From Octopus sinensis (lineage: Eukaryota), in assembly GCF_006345805.1 (NCBI RefSeq), contig NC_042999.1:165292001-165356000 (forward strand): a stretch of 64,000 bases of DNA, given 5' to 3'. The position numbers and the translations under genes are program-made. Below are positions 11,681 to 27,099 of the stretch, piece by piece; the first letter of the stretch is position 1; the number at the start of each line of letters is the position of its first letter. Below the pieces are notes generated by a model. The model worked only from the letters and a program-made list of their open reading frames with translations. It ran no database searches and was not told the origin of the DNA.

Positions 11681-12010
11681 ACACCATCACACCACTACAC
11701 CTTATTACTTATTACTTATTATATATTGTTTATTCATTTTTTGTACTTTTTGTGATCTAGATATATGTTTTATCATATTTTTTTCGATATGATATGGTTT
11801 ATGTCTATCATTGTTTGAATTACATAATAGTATTTTTTCTCTAATTTATATATATTATATGAATATATATATATATATTTATATTATATATATATATTTA
11901 TATTATATATATACACACATATATGTATACATATATATATGAATATATATATATATTTACATATAATACATATATACATATATGTACATATATATACATA
12001 TATATATATA

Positions 12011-12041
<31 letters not shown>

Positions 12042-12137
12042 CATATATATAGACATATATACATATATATACTTATATATATATATATGCATATATATAT
12101 ACATACACACACACACAAACACACACACACACACACG

Positions 12138-12226
<89 letters not shown>

Positions 12227-12554
12227 ATATACATATATACATACATATACATAAAGAAAACAGAAAATGGAGATAACATCGATGAACAACAATTGATTTG
12301 CATCAATTATTTATTAATTTAGAAAAAGACTGCATCCCGTCAGCTGACTCGCATCATATTCAACCTTTCCCTGTTCTTTTCTTTTCTCTTCTTTTTATTC
12401 ATTTATTTTCCACTCTCATGTAGCTCCATGATTCAAATCGTATTTTCTTACCAACTATGATAAATATTCCCTGAGCATCATAATGGTAATTCCAAAGAAC
12501 ATTGGCAGCAGAAACAGCTGTTAAATGGGATGCAGTCTTTTTGTAAATTATTAA

Positions 12555-14113
12555 TTCTTTGCGCATGTCCAACGGAATTCCCGCTTGAACAACCAAATTG
12601 CAACGTTAGTAGACTCAACAGGCGTATCGATTGAGGACCCTTATCAACAGAGTCAGTTATTTGCCGAGGCTTTTTCAATTATTTTCAAACAAGATGATTG
12701 TCGTGAACCCCCTCCATTTGATAGATCGGTACCTCTAATACTTAGATTGGTCATCACGCGGGACGAAGTCGAACGCGTTATTCAAGGCTTCGATGTCAAC
12801 AAGGGTCACGGCCCTGATGGCATACATCCACAGGTTATCAAAGCGTTGGCTCCGGTCATCTGCGAGCCTTTAACACGTCTATTCAATATGTCATTGGCGA
12901 CGGGCGTTATACCTGCGGACTGGAGAACAGCGATAATCTGCCCAATTTTCAAGAAAGGGATCCGCGAAGACCCAGCAAGATGTTCGAAACCATCCTTAAG
13001 AAAAGTATGTTGCTCCACCTCCAAAACACAGCCTCTATCTCTGATTCCCAACACAGCTTCGTGCCGAAGAGATCATGCTTGACCAACTTACTGGTAATGG
13101 AAGAATTGGTCACGCGCATCCTCGATGATGGTGATGCTGTTGACATCGTTTTATTGGACTTTGCCAAAGCTTTTGACTCGGTAAACCACCGCCTATTACT
13201 TGTCAAGCTTCAAGCATATAGTTTCCACCCGGATATTGTACGATGGGTTGGTGCCTTCCTCTCAGATCGCTCCTTCCAAGTCCAAGTTAATGGTTCGCTG
13301 TCCGACGTCTCCAGTGCGAGCAGTGGCGTGCCTCAAGGTTCAGTGCTTGGGCCCTTATTGTTCTTAGTCTTCATAAATGACTTGCCCGACGACCTCACGC
13401 AACACACCCTTCTATTTGCCGATGATGTCAAACTGGTCGCTCCTCGCGGTGATATAGTGGATCTTCGTCGATGCCTCCACCAAGTTTGGAGATGGTCTAA
13501 CGAATGGGACCTGTGTCTGAACGTGTCAAAGTGCTGTCATCTGCCTGTTGGCTCTTCTCCTGCAACTCAACTTGATTTCGAGCCGGGTCGTCTGCTGCTG
13601 GTGAGGACCGACCAGGTAAAGGACCTGGGTATCTTGGTGGATTCTTCCTTTTCGCCTTCGGCCCAGTGCGTCCATGCTGCCAACAAAGTACGCGGAGTTC
13701 TGTTTTTGATCCGACGGTCATTCGGAATGCTCACAGCAGCCATATTCCTACCGCTCTATGTCACGCTGGTGAGACCCATATTGGAGTACGGGATTCAAGC
13801 CTCTTCTCCTTATCTCCTCAAAGACATACAGCATCTCGAAAGAGTCCAGAAGCTGGCTACCCGCATGGTTCTTGGTCTCATGCATTTGTCTTATGAAGAA
13901 AAGCTGAAGACGCTCGACCTTTATTCTCTAGAAAAATGACGACGCCGTGGTGATCTCATTCTTGCTCACAACATCATAAGCGGAAAGTGTAACCTCTCGA
14001 AAGAGCTGTTCTTCACTCCTGCTCCAGAGCGTCGGCTTCGGGGTCACTCCGAAAAGCTCTATCTGCGATTATTTCATCTCAATCGAAGGAGATGGGCTTT
14101 CTCCGTCCGGATA
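12555..14113 (+). mobile_element. CR1-clade LINE, 5'-truncated, reverse transcriptase pseudogene
   Basis: GPDGIHP, IPADWRTAIICPIFKKG, QHSF, LDFAKAFDSV, GVPQGSVLGPLLF, LFADD, RRRGDLI, LRGH..KL. Deletion/frameshift near 12970 removes the NYRP motif; premature TGA at 13937. Confidence 0.93.
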
Positions 14114-14872
14114 CAGGTGGCGGTGAATATATTGTCGTCTAAATTATGCAAAAATGAAAATAACACTGACATCTAGATTTAACTGATATTTATCAAAATT
14201 ATATAAAAATATCTTGAAATACTAAAGAGTAAATTTATTCAATAAAATTGTCATTGGCCTCCAGACGACTTCGGAATCTCCTGAAAATCTTCTGGACGAT
14301 CTCCTTATCTAAGTTGGTGAACGCTACCATAATCCTTGCCTTCAGTTCATCTTCGGTCTTACAAAGAGTTTTGTTGGTCTCTCTCTCTTTCTCAACTGCG
14401 CCCCACACATAATAAAGAGGGTTTCAATCTAGGGAGTTAGCTGGCCAGGTGTTAGGGATGATGTGGTCGCAGAAATTGTCTGACAGCCATGACTGGGTTC
14501 TTCTGCTTGTACGGCATGGTGCAAGTCTTGTTGCCAGACATAGGGTCTTCCCGCAGCCACCCTCTTGATCCAGAGCAGCGGTACCTCCTCCAGGCACTTC
14601 ATCTAGTGATCACTCTAAACACCATCATGTTGACTAGATGTTTAATTTTTATCACTCTCAGTACATGTTTTAGGGACACGGCAAGTCAACGGTTGTTCTC
14701 TGTACGGCATGACGTTTCCAAATTTCTGGCAGAGTGAATTGCGTCATGTTGCTGTTTTGCTCACAGACGGTGCCCAACTGACCCTACTATGCTGTATACT
14801 CGACAAAATCAAAAACAAGCAATGCACGAAATTGGAAATATAAAATGGCGACAATTTACCCATCGCATCCTG
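14114..14872 (-). mobile_element. Non-autonomous Tc1/mariner element, DD37D (maT-like)
   Basis: Imperfect ~27-bp TIRs CAGGTGGCGGTGAATATATTGTCG / CAGGATGCGATGGGTAAATTGTCG with TA flanks. Minus strand: YVWQQD(fs)APCRTSRRTQSWLSDNF..WPANSLD*NPLYYVWG, with 37 residues between QQD and the expected third acidic position. Confidence 0.8.
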
Positions 14873-15129
14873 TATATATGCTGTGTATGTGCATGCTTAC
14901 ATGCATGTAAATGTATCTATCTGTATACTTCCTCCGTTAAATTTAACGGCGGGCAAGCAACTGACGTTAAATGCATTATAAATAAAAGAACGAGAAATTA
15001 AATAAAGGAAACGGAAAAGGAAACTGGCTTGCGTTATCATTTAGTTATCATTTCGTGATGAATGAAGTCAATGGCTTCGACTATACAGAATTTTTGCTTG
15101 GTTTCAAAAGTTTTCCGTCTCAAAACTTT

Positions 15130-15430
15130 TCAAATCTTTTCGCAGAGATTAGAGGCTAGGAACCTTGTGGAGTAGCGATCTCACCCAAACATCTAAAAAT
15201 TGGTATGAAGTTAATTATCTTCGTCTTGTTTTTTTGGTATTTGTGGGTTTGTTTTATGCGCCATTTAAGTTCTCAAACATATTGGTTGGTACCAAAACAT
15301 AGTTAGAAGAACTGCAGTAGTGTTACGGTAACTGTGTGAACTTTTAGACGATTTCGGTAGAGGAAACCGAAAGGTTCCCATCAGGAACATATACTTCACT
15401 GTCAATACATTTACGAAGAATATTTTATTG
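15130..15430 (-). repeat. Unclassified interspersed repeat, family F copy 2
   Basis: Inverted homologue of 8445-8740. Confidence 0.75.
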
Positions 15431-18151
15431 TAAACAATTGCGTAACTGCAGACAAAATGTCACATTAAATAACAATAAATAGCAATGAATACAATTATTC
15501 TAGTCGATGAATAGTCCTAGTTTTAAAATGGTATTTTAATAAAAATTAAGTCTGTCGATTTGCAAACGTTTGAGCATCTGTTCTTGATATTTCTATATGC
15601 AAAATAGATTCTTCATTAGATAGTCGATATACCGCATGTATCACTTGTTGTAAACATGACTACACACCGTTGGCTGCAAGTGTGTACGTTTATGGGCTTG
15701 TGTATGTGGTGTGTATCTATTGGGCTCCTTCACACGTTCTCTCTCATTCTTTCTCTCACTTGTCTTCCTCAATTTGTCAAGCTATATCACACACACACAC
15801 ACACACACACCACACACACACACACACACTCCAGACACCCTCTCTTTTTAGCTCCCTCTGTTTGTGTGTGTGTATGTGAGTGTATTACGTAAACACATAC
15901 AGGCAAAGAAATCTTTTAAATACGCAATGACCCGGAAAATAACATCTACTCCCAACTGTAATCCACATTATGTGCACTTGAACCTACAGATATGACGGTA
16001 TTTCATTCACAAAATTATGTGATAATCTGTCCGACGCAACCGTCGTTCAGTCATTGGTGGCTCCAAGAAGTTTCAATAAAGTTCATGACTCTAACGATGT
16101 AACACTTCGTAAAGGCTGTGCAGAGAACAGCATCTGATTCTCCGTATATATATTGCATAAGTGTTCCATATGCTCACACTGAGATATTAAGCGGGAAGGC
16201 AGCTGCTTTGTGTGCATTAGGTCACTCCAACATGAGTATACTTCCCTCGTCGATTTCCAACTGCCTTCTCCTTGTTCCAGCATCCAGACGTAACTAAAAA
16301 CTATTCTCTCTTTCACTCTCTTTCTCTCCTTATATAACTACATCTTACTTTAGTAAAACAAAATAGACATGATATCCTATATTACATAACTTTAAAGAAC
16401 AAACCTCTTTCAAATTTCTGTTGGTTGTTTTGTTAATGCATTTTCCATATGTCTGCTCTTGGCTGCTACATCAACTAAACACTATTTAGGTTTTTTATAT
16501 AAGTTCTTGTTGTCCATGATAATATCGACGCTGCTGCTGCTGCTAGTGATCATGATGATGATGATAATGACAACGAAGCTGATGATAATGAGTTTCTGGT
16601 CTTTTGCTGTTGCTGTTGTGAGAGCTACTACTATTGTTGCCGTTGTTGTCGTCGTTATTGTTGTTCACTGTTTATGCTGCATTCCTCCAGAATCTACCGA
16701 GACTTGTATACAGCATAAAGGAGAAAGCAGTTGCCTCCATATATACTCTAAACAACTTTCTTCTTGTAACAGTAAAATGCTAGTCTTTTCAGCATTCCCA
16801 ACCAAAAGTATTACTTTCCTCAAAAGGCGAACCTACTTAGCACAAGTCTTTCTTTCTTAATAATATTTCTTTTACCTTTTCTTTTTCCTTTTCTCGTTTC
16901 CTTTTTTCCCTCCTATATAACCACTGAAGGGAAAACGTGATTGATATGTTCGTATACGGCAAGTTGTTTTACATATACCCAATATTTTACAACAGACGTA
17001 TCAACTTACATCAAGACCAACATTTGCATCCAACGGAAGTAAAAATAAAAATGTACATCACACACGTATTGTTTATCTAACAATCAAGTAACATCGATTT
17101 TTTGAGGTCTTTACACGGCAGGAATTTGCCAGCTGATATTAACCAAATTCTTATGAATTGTTCTCTGACTGACTTTCTCAAGTGCAAAAATATTGCTGTC
17201 ATCTGATCCTGGTATTTCAACTTTTATGGTTGGTTGGCGAGAGAAGAAAAACGGTTAATGTTTCCTACTAAACTCAAATTAGTTTTCTATATTCACTTGT
17301 GTATCCCTGTGTTCTAAGCTCGATTCCCACCGGATTCATATGTACATATTATTTCTCTCCAGAGTCGACAAAATAAATATAACGTTCTGACGTATGTAGA
17401 TGGGTTGTCAGTACTCCTCACCTAAACACTTATAAATCCTAGTGCTAATATGAGAATTTAGTTATTCTGCAATTCGTAACTTGATATTAGTAAACCTGGT
17501 CCAGCTAGCGATAATAGTGGGGGGAATGGATAAATGGGCTGTAGTACTTTGTCATATTCACCTCGAGCGTGAATTCTATTCCATTTACGATTTATAAATT
17601 AAATATCAATATCCTACTTGTGTCAACTCAGTCAACTTCAAACTGTTTCCTACAAACCTTTGAGTTCTTCCTGGCGAAGAAATCGTCATAGCTTACAATT
17701 TAATCGATGGCAATTGCAAGGACGGGAATGTTAGCTGTAAAAGTATAGAACTAATAAGAATGCTTTAGAATATTAATTCTCATAAATAACGTCTCCGCAA
17801 ATAGTTGTTCAGTTTCATCTTTTGGGTTTCATTTATTGACATTTAGAGTGATCAATCTTCAACCTCTGACCATTTTCACTGGTTTATTTGAGGGAAGTGT
17901 ACGTTGTTCTACTTCTAATCTGTAAATATCACATTTAGTTGAGATTTTGCTCTACGATTGAATATATGAGGTAAATATTATTAATTGGTCCCTTATATGA
18001 CAGCGACTATCCGATTCGAAGTCCAAACCCAAGTCTTCGAATTGACATCTTGGTATATTGACTATAAGCTATATAGACTTGTGTAACTATTTTCTAGCCG
18101 ATATTTTGCCATTTATGAGCTCTATTTTGTCTTGTTTCATTTTTGCTTTAA

Positions 18152-18222
18152 TATTGGTTTCAAATCTTAGCACAAGGCCAGCAAGTTCGGGGGAGGAGTT
18201 AAGTTGATGACATCGACCTGTG
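18152..18222 (-). mobile_element. SINE family A, 3' fragment
   Basis: GGTTTCAAAT..GCACAAGGCCAGCAA..GGGGAGG..AAGT.GAT.ACATCGACC, as in the other family A copies. Confidence 0.7.
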
Positions 18223-18239
18223 TTTAACAGATGCTTATT

Positions 18240-19775
<1,536 letters not shown>

Positions 19776-19779
19776 TTTT

Positions 19780-22545
19780 CCAACAGTCCAATGGACATGG
19801 AAGTAAATGGATTCAAGAAAATGGATAGAATTCTGCTCAGGGTATGGACTCGGAAGGTGATAAAAATACTGAAAGAAATGAAGATGAATAATATAACTGG
19901 AACGAATAGATTGATTAAAGCTTGTATCGTTTACATAAGTAGGAAAATAGGTCTTGAACCAAACCGTAAAAGATGAAATGTAGCAAAAGAGCCTCGGAAA
20001 AGAATAAATCATTCAATGAACGAGCTACGAAAACATATCAACACCCTGGAAAGAAAGAAACAAGATAAAATCGGGAAGGAGAAATATCAGGAACATAAAT
20101 ATAGGATCAAGAAAAGGGGGCTAAATTTAGTCCTTGAAGAACTGAAACAAAGACTGTAGGCTAAAACAATAAAAATCAAGAGGTGTGATTAAAGGATTGA
20201 ACAATATAAAAATCAATAGATTGTTCTAACAAGATCAGAAAAGGATCTATCAGCAGCTGAACGGATAGGTTAACAGAAATAAGAAACCGGAAGTTGACGG
20301 ATGTAAGAAGTTTTGGAATAACATCTGGGATAATGGAAGGGATCATAAGGAAGATGCCGAATGATTGAAGGAATTAAAATCGGAGAAAAATGAAGTGAAA
20401 CAGAACAATATAATAATAATAACAGAAATGCTGAGACAACAAAGATTCCAAACTGGAAATTTCGAGGATGGGGTACGAGGGCATTGGTTGAAAACTTTCT
20501 CAGCATTACACAAAAGAATAGCTAAGCAAACGATAAAATAATCAACAACGGAATGAAAATCCCAAAGTGGATGATCACAGGGAAAACTGTTTTCCAAAAG
20601 GATTCCAGTAAAGGTAATGCAAGGGATAATTATCGGCCAATCTCTTGCCTACCCTTGATGATAGGAATGTCTAACTGAGTATATGACTTCCTGAAAATGC
20701 ATGACAAGCTGCCAGAAGAGATGAGAAGGAAAAGATGAGGAACAAAAGGTCAACTTCTGATAGACAGGATGATGCTGAACGACTGTAAGAAAATACAAGA
20801 TTTGAAATTTTATCAGATCAATAGAGAACTGGAATACAGAGTTAAAATCATGTGGAGAATTTTTGACGAAGATTAACGTCAGAAGAGGCATATTTCAGGT
20901 CTGCGGCCATTGCTGCTTGTGATCTGTATGATAGCCCTCGCGCAGATGTTGTGAAAAGTGACAACGGGGTACACCTTTAAAAGTGGAGAAAAATTAAATC
21001 TCCTGATGTATTAGGCTAACTTAAAGATCTTCGGTAAGTGTAAACGTGAAATAAATGGTCTGGTTTCAACAGTGCAGATATTCAGTAAGGATATCGGGAC
21101 GGTATTTTGGATTAAAAAATATGGTGTAAATATCATAAAGTAAGGCAAAGTAGTGTCATCTGATTGTGTAGAACTACCAACCAGCTAGAGAAACAAAGAT
21201 GTTGAGATGAAGGGATATAAGTATCTGAGTATTTTGGAGTATGTCAAAATCAAGGAGGGTGAGATAAAGGAAAGCTTTAGACGGAATACCTCAGAAGAAC
21301 CAAATTAATTATGGAGAGTGGACTCAATAGAAAGAACAAGACCAACGCAATGAATACATGGGCTGTGTCTTTAATACGATACGGCTCAAGTATTGTTAGG
21401 AGGACAAAGAATGCGCTTGAAAAAATGGAAATAAAATCCAGGGAAATGATGACAATGAACAAGAAACTACTCCCTAAAATCGATATCGATATACTGTATG
21501 TGCCAAAATACAAGGGAAAAGAAGCCTCATAGAATGCAAGATCTGTGTTGTTAATGAGGAAAACAGTCTGGAATGGTACGTCAAACAGCAGATTGAACAT
21601 TTGGTTGTTGCAGTTAGAAATAGCAGCACGATACCTTGTGACACACCCAAGAACATTTAAGAGACAAGATGAAGAACAAAGATTAAATAACTGGAAAATT
21701 AAAACGATGCATGGTCAATAACTCAGAGAAATAGAAGGAAAAGACAAGACCAACACCTGGAGGGGGTTAAGAAAAAATGATTTGAAAGGATTCACTGTGG
21801 CATTGATATGTAGCATCCACGAAGAAGCTCCGAGTACTAATTACACCAAGTTCCAAATAGATAAGATAGTGAATCGCTCCTTTGTAGGTTGTGCGTCATC
21901 AGAAATGAAGCAGTTTCAAATATTGTGAGTGTAGAAAATTGAGTACAAATGAGTACAAATGGGGACATAATAACATTGCTAAGATAGAGATTGTGTGAGA
22001 CGTAAGGCCTTGGAAGGACATTGAAATAATACAAGCATAATCCAGAAGGCGTTACCGAGAATAATGAATATAAGATCTTATGGGATTTTAGTATCCAGTG
22101 TGAATCAGTGATTGATGCTCAGACATTGCTGTAGTGGATAAAAGAATGAAGGAAAACCAAAATCCTAGATATTGCCATACCTGGGGATGCAGGAGGGGGT
22201 GACGAAGAGCTGGAAAAGACTGAGAAGTACAAGCCACTAAAATATGAAATTGCATGAATGTGGTGGGTGAAGAAAATAACTGTCATCCCAGTAGTTGTAA
22301 GGGCAGTGGAGCATTAACAACCAGGTTTGAGAAATTTGTTGGAGATTGGGATTGAAATGAGAGTAGGACATGTGCAGAAAACTGCTTTATTTGGAGACAA
22401 CGAGGATTTCGAGATTGGAACTTGGGTGTTAAGTATCGTGGAAAGAGACCTTGTGAGACATTTAACAACAGGTCGCTGTCCGCTCTTACAGAATTGACCA
22501 GAGCAAGTGAAATCGAGAACTCTGAGAAGTAAAATGGAAATAATA
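19780..22545 (+). mobile_element. R4/Dong-clade copy 3, long degraded RT+RLE element
   Basis: Across many stops: GLNLVLEELKQRL, DQKRIYQQL, NYRPISCL, RRGIFQ, YKYL, NTWAVSLIRYG, KILWDFSIQ, DIAIP, VIPVVV, VQKTALFG; followed by a (GAT/GAC)n tail. Confidence 0.85.
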
Positions 22546-22548
22546 AAA

Positions 22549-22574
22549 CTGATGATGATGATGGTGATGATGAT

Positions 22575-22606
<32 letters not shown>

Positions 22607-22704
22607 CGACAACGATGATGAGGACGATGATTACGATGATGACGACAACGACGACGATGATGATGATGACGATGATGATGACGATGATGATGACGATGAT
22701 AATG
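22549..22704. repeat. (GAT/GAC)n compound trinucleotide tract
   Basis: Directly visible at the 3' end of R4 copy 3. Confidence 0.95.
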
Positions 22705-23914
22705 GTGCAGTCAGTGAAAACGATTCTGTCGTGTCAGTTCTCACCGAGGATTAGTTAAAGGCTATGCAAATGTCTGTAGACTTTTCAGACAGACACTTAA
22801 CCAATAATTCAATAAATAGGCAGATGGGTTACTCGAACAACTGAAACGTTCACGTATCAAATCCGACACTCAAGTCAATCATACATTATGGGATGGCATA
22901 AACAATATACATGTGTGTCTGTGTGTGTGTGATTATGTAATATCACTTCTATGTTATTTGCTATCAAACGAATTTTCTAAGCTGCCATCCCAAATAGTGA
23001 ATTAAATTTGAATGCACCACAAAAATAATATTCGTCGTTATTTGAAATGAAACCAAAAACGAGATAATAATTGAAAAGTGAGATTTCGAAATACTTATCA
23101 TTAATAATATTTCTATAAATAATATATCATTTCTATAGATATTAATGAAAAAACCATTCTCAATATTTTGTCTGTGATTTTTAGAAAACTGTTTCTTTGG
23201 GAAGACAAATATATATGTTTATATATATATGTGTGAGTGTGTGTGTGTGTATGTTTATGTACGTATGTTTCTTTTTATATGTATGTATTTATGTATGTAT
23301 GTATTATGTACGTATCAATGACGTTTATAAGGAAATATTGATCGCCATATTCCGAATGACAATGTTTTTGTTTTTGTTATCTTTTTGTTATTATTGCCGA
23401 TATTGATGTCATTGTTGTTTTTGTTGTTGTTTTTTAAGGTGATGACGACGTCGACGAAGGCAGTGATGATGGGGGGAGGTAACGATGACGACGAAGATGA
23501 CGACGATGACGACGACGGCGACGATGATGATGATGAGAAAATGGCGGACTTCCTGCGCCAATTCATGTACCAATATGATCAGCATTGTACGGAAGTGTAT
23601 GTATAAGTACAAAAAGTAAGCAATGGCGGTGAAGAATGAAACCGTTTTTGATCACACAATTGGTTTGTATTTCTTTGTCTGTTGTTGCTTACGTGTGAGT
23701 GAATACATATACTTTCTCTTCCTTTTTCATAGTGTTCATTTCCTTTGTTTCCATATAGGTGTTCATAGATCGAAGGAAAATAGTGGGCAAAAAAGAACAT
23801 GAGATTTATTATAACAGCATCGTGTATGAATAAGGTAAAGCTTGCGTTTTCCAATAAAGTTACGTTCATTTTTGGGTTCAGTAAAACGTAGTTATTTCTG
23901 ACAAACACACGTTT

Positions 23915-24060
23915 TTTTGCAGATCAATGACAATACCATACAACATTGGAAGCAGAAACAGCTGTTAGATGGGATGCAGTCTATTTACATTGAATTAATA
24001 AATAATAGTCTATTGTTTTTCATCAGTACTTCTCCATTTTCTGCTTTCATTAAATTTTGA
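23915..24060 (+). mobile_element. Family E terminal-repeat fragment
   Basis: ACATTGGAAGCAGAAACAGCTGTTAGATGGGATGCAGTC matches 12495-12540. Confidence 0.6.
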
Positions 24061-24794
24061 GTATTGATAAACCCATGTTTATCCTTGTCTTTACCGATAA
24101 CTTACGAACATATGTTTGCATATGTATGTCCATGGTTAAATACAGGTAATATACCGGTAGTGTAATGGATACTTCCATCCCTTAGACGATTATTTTAACT
24201 TCTGACTCAACTAACACACACATATATATATACATGAGAAGTAAACTTCTTAGCACGCAGCCACGCCTGCTCTCAGTATCATATAATCCAATGGTTTTGT
24301 GCTTATCGCCTGCTTCCTGTAGTATTAAATGTAAGAAAAGCACATCTTCCCAGTGGACTTGTCACTGATCTATACAAGTAAATTTTCTCCGTGAGAGAAA
24401 TTTAGCTCGAAACTACTTTTAATTAAATCCCTTCTAAATACCGCAATGCCTCCGCCGCCGCTGCTGATTACTATCGTAATTTAGACCACACTATGGTATC
24501 TACTAACAGCTAGAGACACTGAATATTAGCGATAGACACAGTACTGTGGAATATTAATGTGATGCCTAGCTAGCTCTGATTGTGTTGTTGGTAGACACAT
24601 TTTTGTGAACTATTGGATTATCAGATAAATTCGTTCGTTTTTTGTGGGATATTTTCATCTATTCTAATTGTTTCCAATGTTATTTGAATTGACACGAAAA
24701 ATATTTTTCTCGTAGTGATGTAGCTCTATTATTGTATGTGTGTGTGCGAGCGAACGTGTGAAAGATAGACAGACAAACTGACAGACAGCCAGCC

Positions 24795-24829
<35 letters not shown>

Positions 24830-24837
24830 AGACAGAC

Positions 24838-24903
<66 letters not shown>

Positions 24904-25040
24904 TGTTGTCATCATAGTAACTAACAAGTTTTAATTAAAAACGCATGAATTTTAAGTGCAAGTCTGTCAACACACTTCAAAATAAGACTATATCTACATA
25001 CATAACATAGCTATATTTTGTTGTTTGTGTGCGATTGTGG

Positions 25041-25080
<40 letters not shown>

Positions 25081-26250
25081 CCGTGCCTTCCAACATGTAG
25101 GCAACACAACACAGACTTTAAAAAGACTTTCACTTTCAACAATTTATGAAGTATGTGCATGACTAACAAATATTTTACCGACATCTTAGCGACGAAGAAC
25201 GTCCTAGTTTTAAGATATTTTACCTCTTTTTTATACATATGACGATGGAGATCCAAATAAAAAGAAAAATGAAACGAAATTAACTTGCAACCCAACATAT
25301 CGACCTATGCTGCTTACTTACAACTAGATGAGTCTAACTGTTGATTGTTGTATGAAGTATATCACTAGTATATATGTGTGAAACTGGTAGATTTGGCTGT
25401 TGGCTGTTAAATGTCTTGTTTATGCACAACACAACTCTACCAAGCTGTTGTTTCGACTTATAATGAAGTAGGCTATTGACATAATGCAATGAATTATAAC
25501 ATACTGTGGTACTTACGGCTCGGCGGATTAGCCTGATGGAAGTTACAGCTTTTTACCATGGACATAACGTAATAAAAAATATTACATTTTGGTACCTAGG
25601 TGGACAGGACTGTGTATTGTAAGGTGTTTTAACCATGGGCATAATGCGCAAGAATGAGCATCACTGCAGTTTCAATTCTGCTATCAACAGTTCTATAAAT
25701 TAAAAGTAAAAGATGTCGAAACGGAAATGAAGCAGTTAGAATTTTAAATTGGTATTCAATGAGTCATGGAAATAATGAGAAAAGTAGGACACGAGAAAAT
25801 CTGTTTCGTTGAAATGATGTTCTTTAAAAAGATGTAAGCGAAGGATGTAGTGTTGTGGTGAGAAATGTATTGTTGATGTGTGGGTTGTAGTGCTATTATG
25901 TGTGATATAATGCTATTATATGGGTATGTAGTGTTGTGATTCGGATTGTAGCGTTCTAGTGTGGGTTATAGCGACGAAAAAGTAGTCGTTGTAGTAGTAG
26001 TTAGGAGAGCTAAAGGATGTAGTGACGTCATTGTGATTATAACGCTAGTCACATCATGGCTAACAACTATAGGAGAGAGAAGAAAACATGATTAATGACG
26101 TATAGAACAAATCAGTGTGCGTTTGGGTGTGTCCGCAGTTAATCGATGTAAATGCTTACGTCTATATGTAATATCTATATTACGAAGCCGATGAGTAGGT
26201 CCTCCATAGATACATACATACATACATACATACATACATACATACATACA

Positions 26251-26283
<33 letters not shown>

Positions 26284-26564
26284 CATACATACATACATAC
26301 ACACACATACATACATACACACAAACACACATACAACGTTTCTGTTTCAATTAGTTTCGCAGTTTGTAATTTTTTCAAATTGATAATACAACTAAAACAA
26401 GCAGAAAAAATATAAAATAATTTATGTCTTTTCAATTAACTGAATATTTAGAACTGAAAGTACTTTTCATTTCATTCGAGAATTATTGTCTGTCACGTTT
26501 CAATTTTAAATATTTTCTATGCAGAGGGAAGAGTATCAGACAAGTGAACTGCATGATGGATATT

Positions 26565-26767
26565 CTTTTCTATTCTGGGTACAAAACCCGAAATTTTGGG
26601 GGAGGGGTCCAGTCGATTAGATCGAACCCAGTACGCAACTGGTACTTAATTTATCGACCCCGAAAGCATGAAAGGCAAAGTCGAATTTGAACTCAGAACA
26701 TAAAGACAGACGAAACACCGCTAAGCATTTCGCCCGGCGTGCTAACGTTTCTGCCAGCTCGCCGCGT
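26565..26767 (-). mobile_element. tRNA-derived SINE family A with 20-bp TSD
   Basis: Head GCGGCGAGCTGGCAGAAACGTTAGCACGCCGGGCG (A box) and GAGTTCAAAT (B box); TGAACTGCATGATGGATATT duplicated at 26545-26564 and 26768-26787. Confidence 0.9.
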
Positions 26768-27099
26768 TGAACTGCATGATGGATATTATTTCACTTGTCT
26801 TTTGATATTTCAAAATGAATTCGAAGGATCCAGGGGCAAATATTGTTTGAGTTTTTTTTGTTTTTGTTTCATAGAAAAACAATTGTTCAGATGGCGTAGT
26901 TAGTGGAGAGTTTGATTCGACGTTTTATGATATATATTCCTCAGTTTCAGACTAGTTCCATGATTCCTTTGCTAGTGCAGCGGCCATGCTTTCTTCCGCT
27001 ATGAACTCTCTGCATCCTCCACACTGTCGTCACTTCACTTACCCATATTCATTAGTGACACACTAATAATCCAAACATTCATGGCCTCTTCTTCACTTC

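Noticed and set aside
16020-16320. Unique segment with a 77-aa minus-strand ORF
   Set aside because: No recognisable motif in any frame and no convincing splice pair.
22821-22850. Hammerhead-like CAGAUGG..GAAACGUU
   Set aside because: Two core changes and no stem I; at most a decayed relic.
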